This document shows positions 17,269 through 24,512 of a stretch of 32,000 nucleotides of DNA, piece after piece. The position numbers and the translations under genes were made by a program. Every line of letters starts with the position of its first letter. Position 1 is the first letter of the stretch. This DNA is from Synechococcus sp. A15-28 (GTDB lineage Bacteria > Cyanobacteriota > Cyanobacteriia > PCC-6307 > Cyanobiaceae): the NCBI RefSeq assembly GCF_014280175.1, contig NZ_CP047931.1, positions 660,001-692,000 on the forward strand, written 5' to 3'. The notes beneath the pieces are model-generated. The model saw only the letters and a program-made list of their open reading frames with translations, had not been told where the DNA came from and did not search any database.

Positions 17269-18803
17269 ATCAGCGGGAACAGTCGGTCATCCGCTTGGAC
17301 CTGCTCGAGCCATCCTTCGGGCAGCTCGCTGCTGCCGTCAATGGCAGCCATCAGCATCCAGAACCGTTCCAGGTGGCGTTCGATGCGTTCCCGGGCCAGT
17401 CCGGTGGTCGTTCCCGCCCGAAGGATGAAACTCCAGTCGGATGACTGGGCCAGCAACAGCTCCCGCGCGGCCTGCTGCAGCCACTGCATCGCCTGCTCAC
17501 TGCCGACCCCGCGGCTGCAGCGCTGCACCATCGCGGCACTGGTTTTTTCCCACTCGGGAACGATCCAGCCATTGCTGTCGTTCAGCCAGTAATTGTGATA
17601 TCCGCCTTGGCCCCAGCTCGAAGGGCAAGGGTCGCAGAGCTGCAGCTGCTGGGAACCATCCAGCACATCCCGCAGTCGCGTGAAAGGAACGCCGTTGGCC
17701 GGCCCCTGGCGAAACAGCTCAGCCAGAAACGATGGGCCTTCAAACCACCAGTGCCCGAACAGTTCCGCATCAAAGGGAGCCACCAGCAACGGGCTCACCG
17801 TCATGCTGCTGCTGAGCTGATCGAGTTGGCGCCGTCGTCCCTGGAGGTAGTGGCTGGCGTGATGCCGAATTTTCTCGGCGGCAATGGCGGGGCGATAGGG
17901 CTGCTTCTGATCCAGCGGAGCGCTGTGGTCAGTGACGCGATGGAGTTTGAGGCCGAGGGGCCGCGGCTCCGTTAATCCAAGCGGTGCCAGGCGTTCCAGC
18001 GGGAGATCCCACCCCAGGTCGCGATGGAATTCCCTGTAGTCCGGATCACCGGGGTAGCCGTCCTTGGCGGACCAGACCGGCAGGGTCGCTTCGCTGTCCC
18101 GGCCGAAGAAGGCCACGCCGTTGCGGCTGCAGATCGGTGCGTACACCCCGTAACGGGGCCGGGGCCGACCATGCAGAAGTCCGTGTCCATCGAGGACGGC
18201 GTAGCGCAGCCCCGCGTCCCGCATCCACTGGTCCAGCCCTTCGTAATAGGCGCACTCCGGGAGCCAGATCCCCAGCGGACGTTCGCCGATCAGCCGGTGG
18301 TGCTCGCGCACGGCGGTGCGCAGTTGTCCGCGAACCGCCTCCGGATGCTGGCGAAGCAGTGGCAGATAACCGTGGGTGGCACCACAGGTGAGCAGATCCA
18401 CCACCTCGGCCCGTTGAAGAGCCGCAAAGCGGCTGATCAGGTCTCCATCACACGCCATCCAGGCGGACTTGTGACGCTGAATGGTGGCTTCGAGATGGTC
18501 CCTGGCCTCTGCAACACCCTGATCTGCAAAGGGGAGAAGGCCGAGGCGCTGATCCAACCAGCCGGGAAAACGCTGTTGCAGGTCTGGGTCACTGAGCAGT
18601 GACAGCAGGGTCGGGGACAGGCCGAGGGTCAGTTTCGGAGTGCTCTCCGGATCGGCTGCCGCTTGCTCAAGAACCTCCAGCAGAGGCAAATAGCACTCCA
18701 ACAGTGCCTGGAAAAACCAGTCTTCCTCCAGCGAGCCCGGCACCACGGAGCGCACGTAGGGCAAGTGGGCGTGAAGAACGAGGGCGAGGGCACCTTTGCT
18801 CAA
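17235..18803 (-). CDS. glycoside hydrolase family 57 protein (GH57 alpha-glucan branching/processing enzyme)
   Basis: 522 aa. LALVLHAHLPYVR at the N-terminus, GIWLPECAY, and FDAELFGHWWFEG, which I recognise as GH57 blocks. Confidence 0.88.
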   Translation of the reverse strand: MSKGALALVLHAHLPYVRSVVPGSLEEDWFFQALLECYLPLLEVLEQAAADPESTPKLTLGLSPTLLSLLSDPDLQQRFPGWLDQRLGLLPFADQGVAEARDHLEATIQRHKSAWMACDGDLISRFAALQRAEVVDLLTCGATHGYLPLLRQHPEAVRGQLRTAVREHHRLIGERPLGIWLPECAYYEGLDQWMRDAGLRYAVLDGHGLLHGRPRPRYGVYAPICSRNGVAFFGRDSEATLPVWSAKDGYPGDPDYREFHRDLGWDLPLERLAPLGLTEPRPLGLKLHRVTDHSAPLDQKQPYRPAIAAEKIRHHASHYLQGRRRQLDQLSSSMTVSPLLVAPFDAELFGHWWFEGPSFLAELFRQGPANGVPFTRLRDVLDGSQQLQLCDPCPSSWGQGGYHNYWLNDSNGWIVPEWEKTSAAMVQRCSRGVGSEQAMQWLQQAARELLLAQSSDWSFILRAGTTTGLARERIERHLERFWMLMAAIDGSSELPEGWLEQVQADDRLFPLIQPLDWSKVGR

Positions 18804-18910
18804 GTGACCAACCGCCCAAGAGAAGATGCGAATTTATCCGGTTTCAGCCGAGATGCCTGAACTAAGATGAATTAACTCATAGTCAATCCGACTAAGCCGT
18901 CGCGAGGGCG

Positions 18911-20539
18911 TTGTCCATGGCCAAGGATCCCGCTCGTGTCCTGATCTTCGACACCACCCTCCGGGATGGTGAGCAGTCCCCTGGGGCCAGCCTCAATCTG
19001 GAGGAAAAGCTGGCGATCGCGCAGCAGCTGGCCCGGCTGGGGGTGGATGTGATCGAAGCCGGATTTCCCTTCGCCAGCGCCGGCGACTTCGCGGCTGTTC
19101 AGCGCATCGCCCAGCAGGTGGGGGGCGAAAACGGTCCAATCATCTGCGGACTGGCCCGTGCCTCTCAGAAAGACATCAAAGCCTGCGCCGAGGCGGTCGC
19201 ACCGGCACCGCGCCGCCGGATCCATACCTTCATCGCCACCAGCGACATCCATCTGGAGCACAAGCTGCGCAAAAGTCGCGGCGATGTTCTTCAGATCGTG
19301 CCGGAGATGGTCAGTTATGCGCGATCCCTGGTGGAGGACATCGAATTCTCCTGTGAGGATGCTGGCCGCAGCAATCCTGAGTTCCTTTACGAGGTCATCG
19401 AAGCGGCCATCGCCGCTGGTGCCACCACGATCAACATTCCAGACACCGTTGGCTACACCACACCATCGGAATTCGGAGACCTGATTGCTGGCATCAATCG
19501 CCATGTCCCCAACATCGGGGAGGCGATTCTTTCCGTTCATGGCCACAACGATCTGGGCCTGGCTGTGGCGAATTTCCTCGAGGCGGTGAAGAACGGCGCT
19601 CGCCAGCTGGAGTGCACCATCAACGGCATCGGTGAGCGAGCAGGCAATGCCTCCCTTGAGGAACTGGTGATGGCCTTGCACGTGCGCCGTCGCTACTTCA
19701 ATCCGTTCTTCGGCCGCGATCAGGACAGTCCCACTCCCCTCACCGCCGTCCGCACCGAGGAAATCACCAAGACCTCGCGTCTGGTTTCCAACCTCACGGG
19801 CATGGTGGTTCAGCCCAACAAAGCCATCGTTGGTGCCAATGCCTTTGCCCATGAATCGGGCATTCACCAGGACGGCGTGCTGAAGAATCGCCTGACCTAC
19901 GAAATCATTGACGCCAAAACCGTCGGTCTGAGCGACAACCGAATTTCATTGGGCAAGCTCAGTGGTCGCAGCGCGGTGAGGGCAAGACTCGAGGAGCTCG
20001 GGTATGACCTGACCCGGGAGGACCTGGATGAGGCCTTTGCCCGTTTCAAGGATCTGGCTGATCGCAAGCGGGAGATCACCGATCGGGATCTTGAGGCGAT
20101 TGTCAGCGAACAGGTTCAGCAGCCCGAGGCGCGCTATCAGCTTCAGCTGGTGCAGGTGAGTTGTGGAACGCGTCTGAAGCCAACGGCCACCGTCACCCTG
20201 GCGGAGGAGAACGGTCAGGAACAAACCGTTTCTGCAGTGGGTACAGGGCCGGTGGACGCGGTGTGCCGTGCCCTCAATCAACTGGCTGGCGTCCCCAACG
20301 AGCTCATGGAGTTCTCGGTGAAATCGGTGACGGAGGGAATTGATGCCATAGGGGAAGTCACGATTCGGCTTCGCCGCAATGGCTCTCTGTACTCAGGCCA
20401 TGCTGCCGACACGGACGTTGTGGTCGCCGCCGCCATGGCCTTCATCAATGCTCTCAATCGTCTCGTGGCAGCCCAGGAGCACCAGCCCTTGCATCCCCAG
20501 CGGGATGCCGTTGATCTTGAAACGCGTCCGACCCTCTGA
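18911..20539 (+). CDS. leuA: 2-isopropylmalate synthase
   Basis: 542 aa. [35 protein letters not shown] and a C-terminal LeuA dimerisation/regulatory domain. Confidence 0.97.
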   Translation: MSMAKDPARVLIFDTTLRDGEQSPGASLNLEEKLAIAQQLARLGVDVIEAGFPFASAGDFAAVQRIAQQVGGENGPIICGLARASQKDIKACAEAVAPAPRRRIHTFIATSDIHLEHKLRKSRGDVLQIVPEMVSYARSLVEDIEFSCEDAGRSNPEFLYEVIEAAIAAGATTINIPDTVGYTTPSEFGDLIAGINRHVPNIGEAILSVHGHNDLGLAVANFLEAVKNGARQLECTINGIGERAGNASLEELVMALHVRRRYFNPFFGRDQDSPTPLTAVRTEEITKTSRLVSNLTGMVVQPNKAIVGANAFAHESGIHQDGVLKNRLTYEIIDAKTVGLSDNRISLGKLSGRSAVRARLEELGYDLTREDLDEAFARFKDLADRKREITDRDLEAIVSEQVQQPEARYQLQLVQVSCGTRLKPTATVTLAEENGQEQTVSAVGTGPVDAVCRALNQLAGVPNELMEFSVKSVTEGIDAIGEVTIRLRRNGSLYSGHAADTDVVVAAAMAFINALNRLVAAQEHQPLHPQRDAVDLETRPTL

Positions 20540-20544
20540 AGCTC

Positions 20545-21369
20545 ATGCGTCAGGCGGTTCAAAGAGCGCTCCAGTTGATGCTGTTGATTGCGCTAGCACT
20601 GCTGGTGCTGGTGCCATTGCTCTGGCTGGTGAGCACGTCTCTCAAAGGACCCACCGAGGATATTTTCAGCAGCCCTCCAGCTCTTCTGCCTCAACAACCC
20701 AGTTTTGAGGCCTACCGCCGCCTGTTTCAGGACAATCCGCTCACCACGTATCTGATCAACAGCACGGCGGTGAGCGTTCTGGCGGTTGGGGCCAATCTGC
20801 TGTTCTGTTCTCTGGCGGCCTACCCACTGGCCAGGATGCGTTTCGCCGGACGCGGCCTGGTGTTGGGACTGGTGGTGGCCACGATCCTGATCCCTTTCCA
20901 GGTGGTGATGATTCCCCTGTACCTCCTGATGGTTCAGCTGGGTCTGCGCAACACGCTGCTGGCACTGATCATCCCTCAGGCCGCCACGGCCTTTGGTCTG
21001 TACCTGCTGCGTCAGAGTTTTCTGGGGGTCCCGAAGGAGTTGGAGGAAGCGGCGCGGATCGACGGCTGCAGTCGGCTTGGGGAATGGTGGAACGTGATGA
21101 TCCCTGCGGCCCGTGCCGACCTGATCACCCTGGCGATGTTCGTGTTCATCGGCACCTGGAGTGATTTCCTCTGGCCGCTGGTGATTCTCGATGATCCAGC
21201 TCTGTACACCCTTCCCCTGGGACTGCAGCAACTCTCCAGCAGCTTCTCCCTTGATTGGCGGATTGTTGCTTCTGGCTCGGTGGTCTCGATCCTCCCCGTG
21301 CTTCTGCTGTTCATCCTTCTGCAGCGCTTCATCCTGCCGAATGCAAGCGGCGATGCGGTCAAGGGCTGA
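20545..21369 (+). CDS. ABC transporter permease, carbohydrate (MalG/UgpE-like) type
   Basis: 274 aa, six predicted TM segments and the EAA loop (LEEAARIDGCSRLGEWWNVMIP). Confidence 0.88.
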   Translation: MRQAVQRALQLMLLIALALLVLVPLLWLVSTSLKGPTEDIFSSPPALLPQQPSFEAYRRLFQDNPLTTYLINSTAVSVLAVGANLLFCSLAAYPLARMRFAGRGLVLGLVVATILIPFQVVMIPLYLLMVQLGLRNTLLALIIPQAATAFGLYLLRQSFLGVPKELEEAARIDGCSRLGEWWNVMIPAARADLITLAMFVFIGTWSDFLWPLVILDDPALYTLPLGLQQLSSSFSLDWRIVASGSVVSILPVLLLFILLQRFILPNASGDAVKG

Positions 21370-21399
21370 TCTAGAACACCAATCTCTTGGAGCCCTGGG

Positions 21400-21645
21400 A
21401 TGTCGCTGACACAACTCGATCAGTTCCTGTCGCTTCGTGAGTCGAATCCGCTTCTGGCGGAGCGGCTTGCTTCACCGCTTGACCTGGAGGATTTTCTGCA
21501 ACTTGCCGGGGAGTGGGGATTTCAATTGACGGAAGCTGACGTGCTGGATGCCCAGAAGAGGGCCATGGAGCAGGGCAGTGCATCGGCTCTGCAACAGGCT
21601 CAGGCCGAGGAATTCCGACGGCTGCGCAACTTCATTCATGGATGA
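21400..21645 (+). CDS. Nif11-family small protein (Nif11-like leader-type N-terminal domain)
   Basis: 81 aa. MSLTQLDQFLSLRESNPLLAERLASPLDLEDFLQLAGEWGFQLTEADVL matches the Nif11 N-terminal domain pattern (MS..QL..FL......L...L.......LA.E.GF.....D). The C-terminal 30 aa are helical and charged, with no GG/GA cleavage motif and no Cys. Confidence 0.8.
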   Translation: MSLTQLDQFLSLRESNPLLAERLASPLDLEDFLQLAGEWGFQLTEADVLDAQKRAMEQGSASALQQAQAEEFRRLRNFIHG

Positions 21646-21824
21646 GCCGTTCATGGCGTGCTCTCTGTCACAAAGAGCTGTGCCAAAGCTCACCGAATGT
21701 TGACCTGCTCTTCAAGAAAATGATGCAAGTAAGACATTTGAGATGTCCTTCTGGCAGGAGTCGGAGATCAGTTCTCAACAATTTGTTGATCAAGAATCCC
21801 AATTCACTGAACCTCAGTTGTTAA
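21642..21824 (+). CDS. candidate small ORF, 60 aa, basic, 4 Cys (speculative; mutually exclusive with 21743..21898)
   Basis: ORF track. Its ATG forms an ATGA overlap with the Nif11 stop (21642..21645). It lies in a low-GC stretch. No family recognised. Confidence 0.25.
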   Translation: MSRSWRALCHKELCQSSPNVDLLFKKMMQVRHLRCPSGRSRRSVLNNLLIKNPNSLNLSC

Positions 21825-21898
21825 TTCTGTCTGAACTTCAGACCAACGTTTCTGGGGAGTGTTTTCTCAGTTGGGATGATTTGATCGGACAACGCTGA
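21743..21898 (+). CDS. candidate small ORF, 51 aa, acidic (speculative; mutually exclusive with 21642..21824)
   Basis: Manual translation: MSFWQESEISSQQFVDQESQFTEPQLLILSELQTNVSGECFLSWDDLIGQR. Below the track cut-off. No family recognised. Confidence 0.25.
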   Translation: MSFWQESEISSQQFVDQESQFTEPQLLILSELQTNVSGECFLSWDDLIGQR

Positions 21899-21921
21899 GG
21901 TTGGTTCGCATCTCCTAAGGT

Positions 21922-22125
21922 TCAGACTTTCACAACATCCGGGGTTTCTCCATGCACTTGGCCGATCCAAAGTGCATGGGTTACTGCACCGTCATGGGTG
22001 TGGAAGGTCCATGCCTTGTCGGCTGACGCGATCGATTTGATCGACTGGTTCACGTCGCTGACGCAGAGATAACAGCCATCGGACTCCGTGCGAAGCACGT
22101 ATCGCTCGGCGTATTGAGTGAGCAT
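21922..22125 (-). CDS. hypothetical protein, 67 aa
   Basis: ORF track. Lower-GC region with protein-like composition. A strong hairpin ends 9 nt upstream of its ATG. Confidence 0.45.
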   Translation of the reverse strand: MLTQYAERYVLRTESDGCYLCVSDVNQSIKSIASADKAWTFHTHDGAVTHALWIGQVHGETPDVVKV

Positions 22126-22134
22126 GTCCTGAAG

Positions 22135-22166
22135 GATCTCTGATCACGGCATAGCGATCAGGGATC
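22135..22166 (-). promoter_or_regulatory. intercistronic stem-loop (11-bp stem incl. one G.U, 10-nt loop)
   Basis: gatctctgatc-acggcatagc-gatcagggatc, read directly. It lies between the 144-aa ORF stop (22202) and the 67-aa ORF start (22125). There is no U-tract on the minus strand. Confidence 0.4.
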
Positions 22167-22201
22167 TGGAGTCGAGAACGGTTTCAGGAAGATTTTTGTT
22201 T

Positions 22202-22636
22202 TCATTCGCCAAGGCTTAATAAGCTTTGTTGTTGGATGGCAAGTTCCTCGGGAGGCGCGATTCGGGTCTGGTGTCCTCCATTGCGAAACCAAGGCTCTGA
22301 CCACACCTCAAGGGTCAAGACATCTGAATCCAGTCCCCACGATTGCTGAAGGTATTGGCGGACAAGATCTTCCGGTGGTGCGGCCATTTGCTGCCAATGG
22401 ACGACCGCAAGAGCTCCTGGACTCGATCGGAGCGTCACCCGCCGCTGCTGTGGATCTCCGCCTTCAACGGCTTCCACGGTTTCCGTGAGTTGTTCATCGC
22501 AGACGAAAAGCTTCAGTGGGCCCTGCTCGTCGGTCTGGGGCAAGGGATATTTATTCAGATAAAGGGCTCGTGCTTTTCGAAACGAAGCAGCTGGGGCCCT
22601 GTTCATCAATGCTGCGTAAGCCTCAAGCAATCGCAC
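22202..22636 (-). CDS. hypothetical protein, 144 aa (GTG start)
   Basis: ORF track. This is the longest frame in the region. The antisense + ORF 22343..22645 has a W/C/H-rich, junk-like composition. No family recognised. Confidence 0.5.
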   Translation of the reverse strand: MRLLEAYAALMNRAPAASFRKARALYLNKYPLPQTDEQGPLKLFVCDEQLTETVEAVEGGDPQQRRVTLRSSPGALAVVHWQQMAAPPEDLVRQYLQQSWGLDSDVLTLEVWSEPWFRNGGHQTRIAPPEELAIQQQSLLSLGE

Positions 22637-22699
22637 AATCTTTGATGGAACATCATTGGGTTCATCCTGATTGACGACAGGTCATCTCTGCGTGACAGG

Positions 22700-23032
22700 A
22701 TGAGACTCATAGGAATGAAGCCTGTGGGGTCCTGGCTCAGCGTTGATCTTTGTGTCGTTCCTCTTGGGGTCGGGGTGAGCTTGTCCCCGTACATTGCGAC
22801 CTGTCAGCGGGTGATCGAGTCGTCCGGGCTCGTTCATGAGTTAGGTCCCAACGGCACGGCGATCGAGGGGCCCTGGGATGACGTCATGGACTGCGTTCGG
22901 GCCTGTCACGACGCCATGCATGACATGGGAGTGCCACGCGTCTACACCACGTTGAAGTTGAACACCCGCATCGACCGGCATCAGGCCTTTCACGACAAGG
23001 TTGAGGCGGTCCGCCGTGAACTGAACTCCTGA
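22700..23032 (+). CDS. UPF0045 / MTH1187-YkoF-like small protein (thiamine-binding-fold family)
   Basis: LSVDLCVVPLGVGVSLSPYIATCQRVIESSGLVHELGPNGTAIEGPWDDVMDCVRACHD fits the MTH1187/YkoF pattern (..v.P.g.g.s.s.yva....v...sgl...l.p.gT.iEG.wdev). The start could be Met-6 at 22715. Confidence 0.8.
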   Translation: MRLIGMKPVGSWLSVDLCVVPLGVGVSLSPYIATCQRVIESSGLVHELGPNGTAIEGPWDDVMDCVRACHDAMHDMGVPRVYTTLKLNTRIDRHQAFHDKVEAVRRELNS

Positions 23033-23085
23033 AATCTTGAGAAGTTCAGTGCATCCCAACGTCTGGCGATGATCTGGCGAGACCA

Positions 23086-23613
23086 ATGAGACAAGGGCGA
23101 GGGGATTTGGTGCTCCAGAAGGGTCGACGTCCAGCCTTGTGGTTGCTGGCTCCGTTGCTCATCGCGCTGAGCTGGGAGGGGCTCCCGTCGCGGGCATCAA
23201 GCTGGGATCAGATCGGCTCCTATCTGCGGTTGATTCAGAAAACCGGTGTTGAGGCCCTGGTCGCCAATGATTGCCCGCAAGGTCTGCTGGGAGCTTTTCA
23301 TGAAGGGCGTCAGGCCCTGTTGATGTGTGGCAACAATCTGCCGGATGATCCCGCTTACATCTGGGTCGTCCTTGCCCATGAATCCGCCCACGTCATGCAG
23401 TTCTGCAAGGGCGGTCCACTGATGCCAGCAGCGGTTTTGGGCGCTGGCATGGATCAGACCCGTCGCGCCGATCCGCGCGCTTTTCATGAGTTGAACCTGT
23501 ATCACAGCAGTCAGCATCACGTGGAGGCTGAAGCGCGCCTCGTTCAGGCTCTCCCTCCGGATGAGGTGGAACACCTCTTCAGACAGCATTGTGCGGAGCG
23601 GCTCGAGCCCTGA
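23086..23613 (+). CDS. small secreted protein with HExxH zincin-like motif
   Basis: 175 aa. Signal-like N-terminus RRPALWLLAPLLIALSW and the motif VVLAHESAHVMQFC (HExxHxxQ). Confidence 0.65.
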   Translation: MRQGRGDLVLQKGRRPALWLLAPLLIALSWEGLPSRASSWDQIGSYLRLIQKTGVEALVANDCPQGLLGAFHEGRQALLMCGNNLPDDPAYIWVVLAHESAHVMQFCKGGPLMPAAVLGAGMDQTRRADPRAFHELNLYHSSQHHVEAEARLVQALPPDEVEHLFRQHCAERLEP

Positions 23614-24232
23614 GGATCCGACGATTCTTTATGGGGACCCCTGGTTGCTGGTGGTGCTGAAACCGTCGGGATTGCTGTCGCAACCCGGCCGCGGCGATCA
23701 CCTGCAGGATTCCCTGATCACGAGGCTGCAGAGGTTGCGTGGGGAGCACCATCTGGTGCATCGGCTTGATCGAGACACCTCGGGCGTGGTGCTGGTCGCC
23801 CGGTGTCTGGACAGTCTCCGTCGCTGCAGTGCCCTCTTTGCCGCTCGACGCGTGAACAAGCTCTACGAAGCAGAAGTGGAGGGGCAGCTGCATGGTCGAG
23901 GCCGGATTGATTCGCGTTTGGCTCGCTTGGATCGAGATCCACCTCGGTATGGCGATCACCCCCAGGGACGACCCTCGACAACGTTATGGCGAGTGCGCGC
24001 CAGACAAGAGGACTCGACAAAACTCTGGCTGCGGCCTTTGACAGGGCGATCGCATCAGCTGCGAGCCCACCTGGCTGGCATTGGTCATCCGATTCTGGGA
24101 GACCCGATTTACGGTGAAGGGTCAATGACGCCGTTGCGATTGCACGCCAGGGCCCTGGGTTTTCAACACCCGTTCACGGGGCGCCGGCTGCGTGTGTTCA
24201 CTCGACAGGACGATGACAACCATGCCGGCTGA
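23561..24232 (+). CDS. RluA-family pseudouridine synthase
   Basis: LLVVLKPSGLLSQPG...HLVHRLDRDTSGVVLVAR (catalytic Asp motif HRLDxxTSG) and ...GRSHQLRAHLA.IGHPILGD.IYG. The start is ATG 23561 or GTG 23591. Either way it overlaps the 3' end of the preceding gene. Confidence 0.88.
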   Translation: MRWNTSSDSIVRSGSSPEDPTILYGDPWLLVVLKPSGLLSQPGRGDHLQDSLITRLQRLRGEHHLVHRLDRDTSGVVLVARCLDSLRRCSALFAARRVNKLYEAEVEGQLHGRGRIDSRLARLDRDPPRYGDHPQGRPSTTLWRVRARQEDSTKLWLRPLTGRSHQLRAHLAGIGHPILGDPIYGEGSMTPLRLHARALGFQHPFTGRRLRVFTRQDDDNHAG

Positions 24233-24488
24233 ATCTCTGGGTTATGCAGCTGCCTTTCTCACCACCATCAGTTTTTTCCCGCAGGCCGTGAAGACCCTCC
24301 GCAGCGGTGACACCCGTTCAATCTCTCTCGGTATGTACGCCCTGTTCACGGCTGGGGTGGCCCTGTGGTCGCTGTACGGCTGGATCGTCGGCGATGGCCC
24401 GGTGCTGATCGCCAATCTGATCACTCTGGTTCCGGCGACGGTTGTCTTGCAGCGCAAGATGGCTGCGGGAGTGCATTCTTCGGGGTGA
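24222..24488 (+). CDS. SemiSWEET / PQ-loop (MtN3-like) three-helix sugar transporter
   Basis: 88 aa from Met MPAESLGY. Three TM helices, with the PQ motif in helix 1 (AAAFLTTISFFPQAVKTLRSGDTRSISLGMY). The track ORF begins at 24192 inside rluA. Confidence 0.8.
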   Translation: MPAESLGYAAAFLTTISFFPQAVKTLRSGDTRSISLGMYALFTAGVALWSLYGWIVGDGPVLIANLITLVPATVVLQRKMAAGVHSSG

Positions 24489-24512
24489 CCGCAAATCCTT
24501 CATTTAGAGAAT

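Noticed and set aside
18825-18869. A 14-codon mini-ORF (MRIYPVSAEMPELR) upstream of leuA as a possible leucine attenuation leader, plus the nearby imperfect palindrome atgaattaactcat (about 18862..18875).
   Set aside because: The mini-ORF has only a single Leu codon (no Leu-codon run) and no alternative terminator/antiterminator pairing is visible. The palindrome has 2 mismatches in 14 nt.
21400-21645. The Nif11-type gene as a prochlorosin/lanthipeptide precursor.
   Set aside because: - There is no GG/GA leader cleavage motif.
- There is no Cys and only two Ser/Thr (both Ser) in the C-terminal 30 residues.
- There is no LanM/ProcM, C39-peptidase ABC exporter or other RiPP tailoring gene in the window.
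22637-22714. A possible TPP (THI-box) riboswitch upstream of the YkoF-like UPF0045 gene, prompted by cctgat and tgaga strings.
   Set aside because: The elements are in the wrong order, the spacer is only about 78 nt, and the conserved CUGAGA ... ACCUGAUCUGGAUAAUGCCAGCG core is absent.
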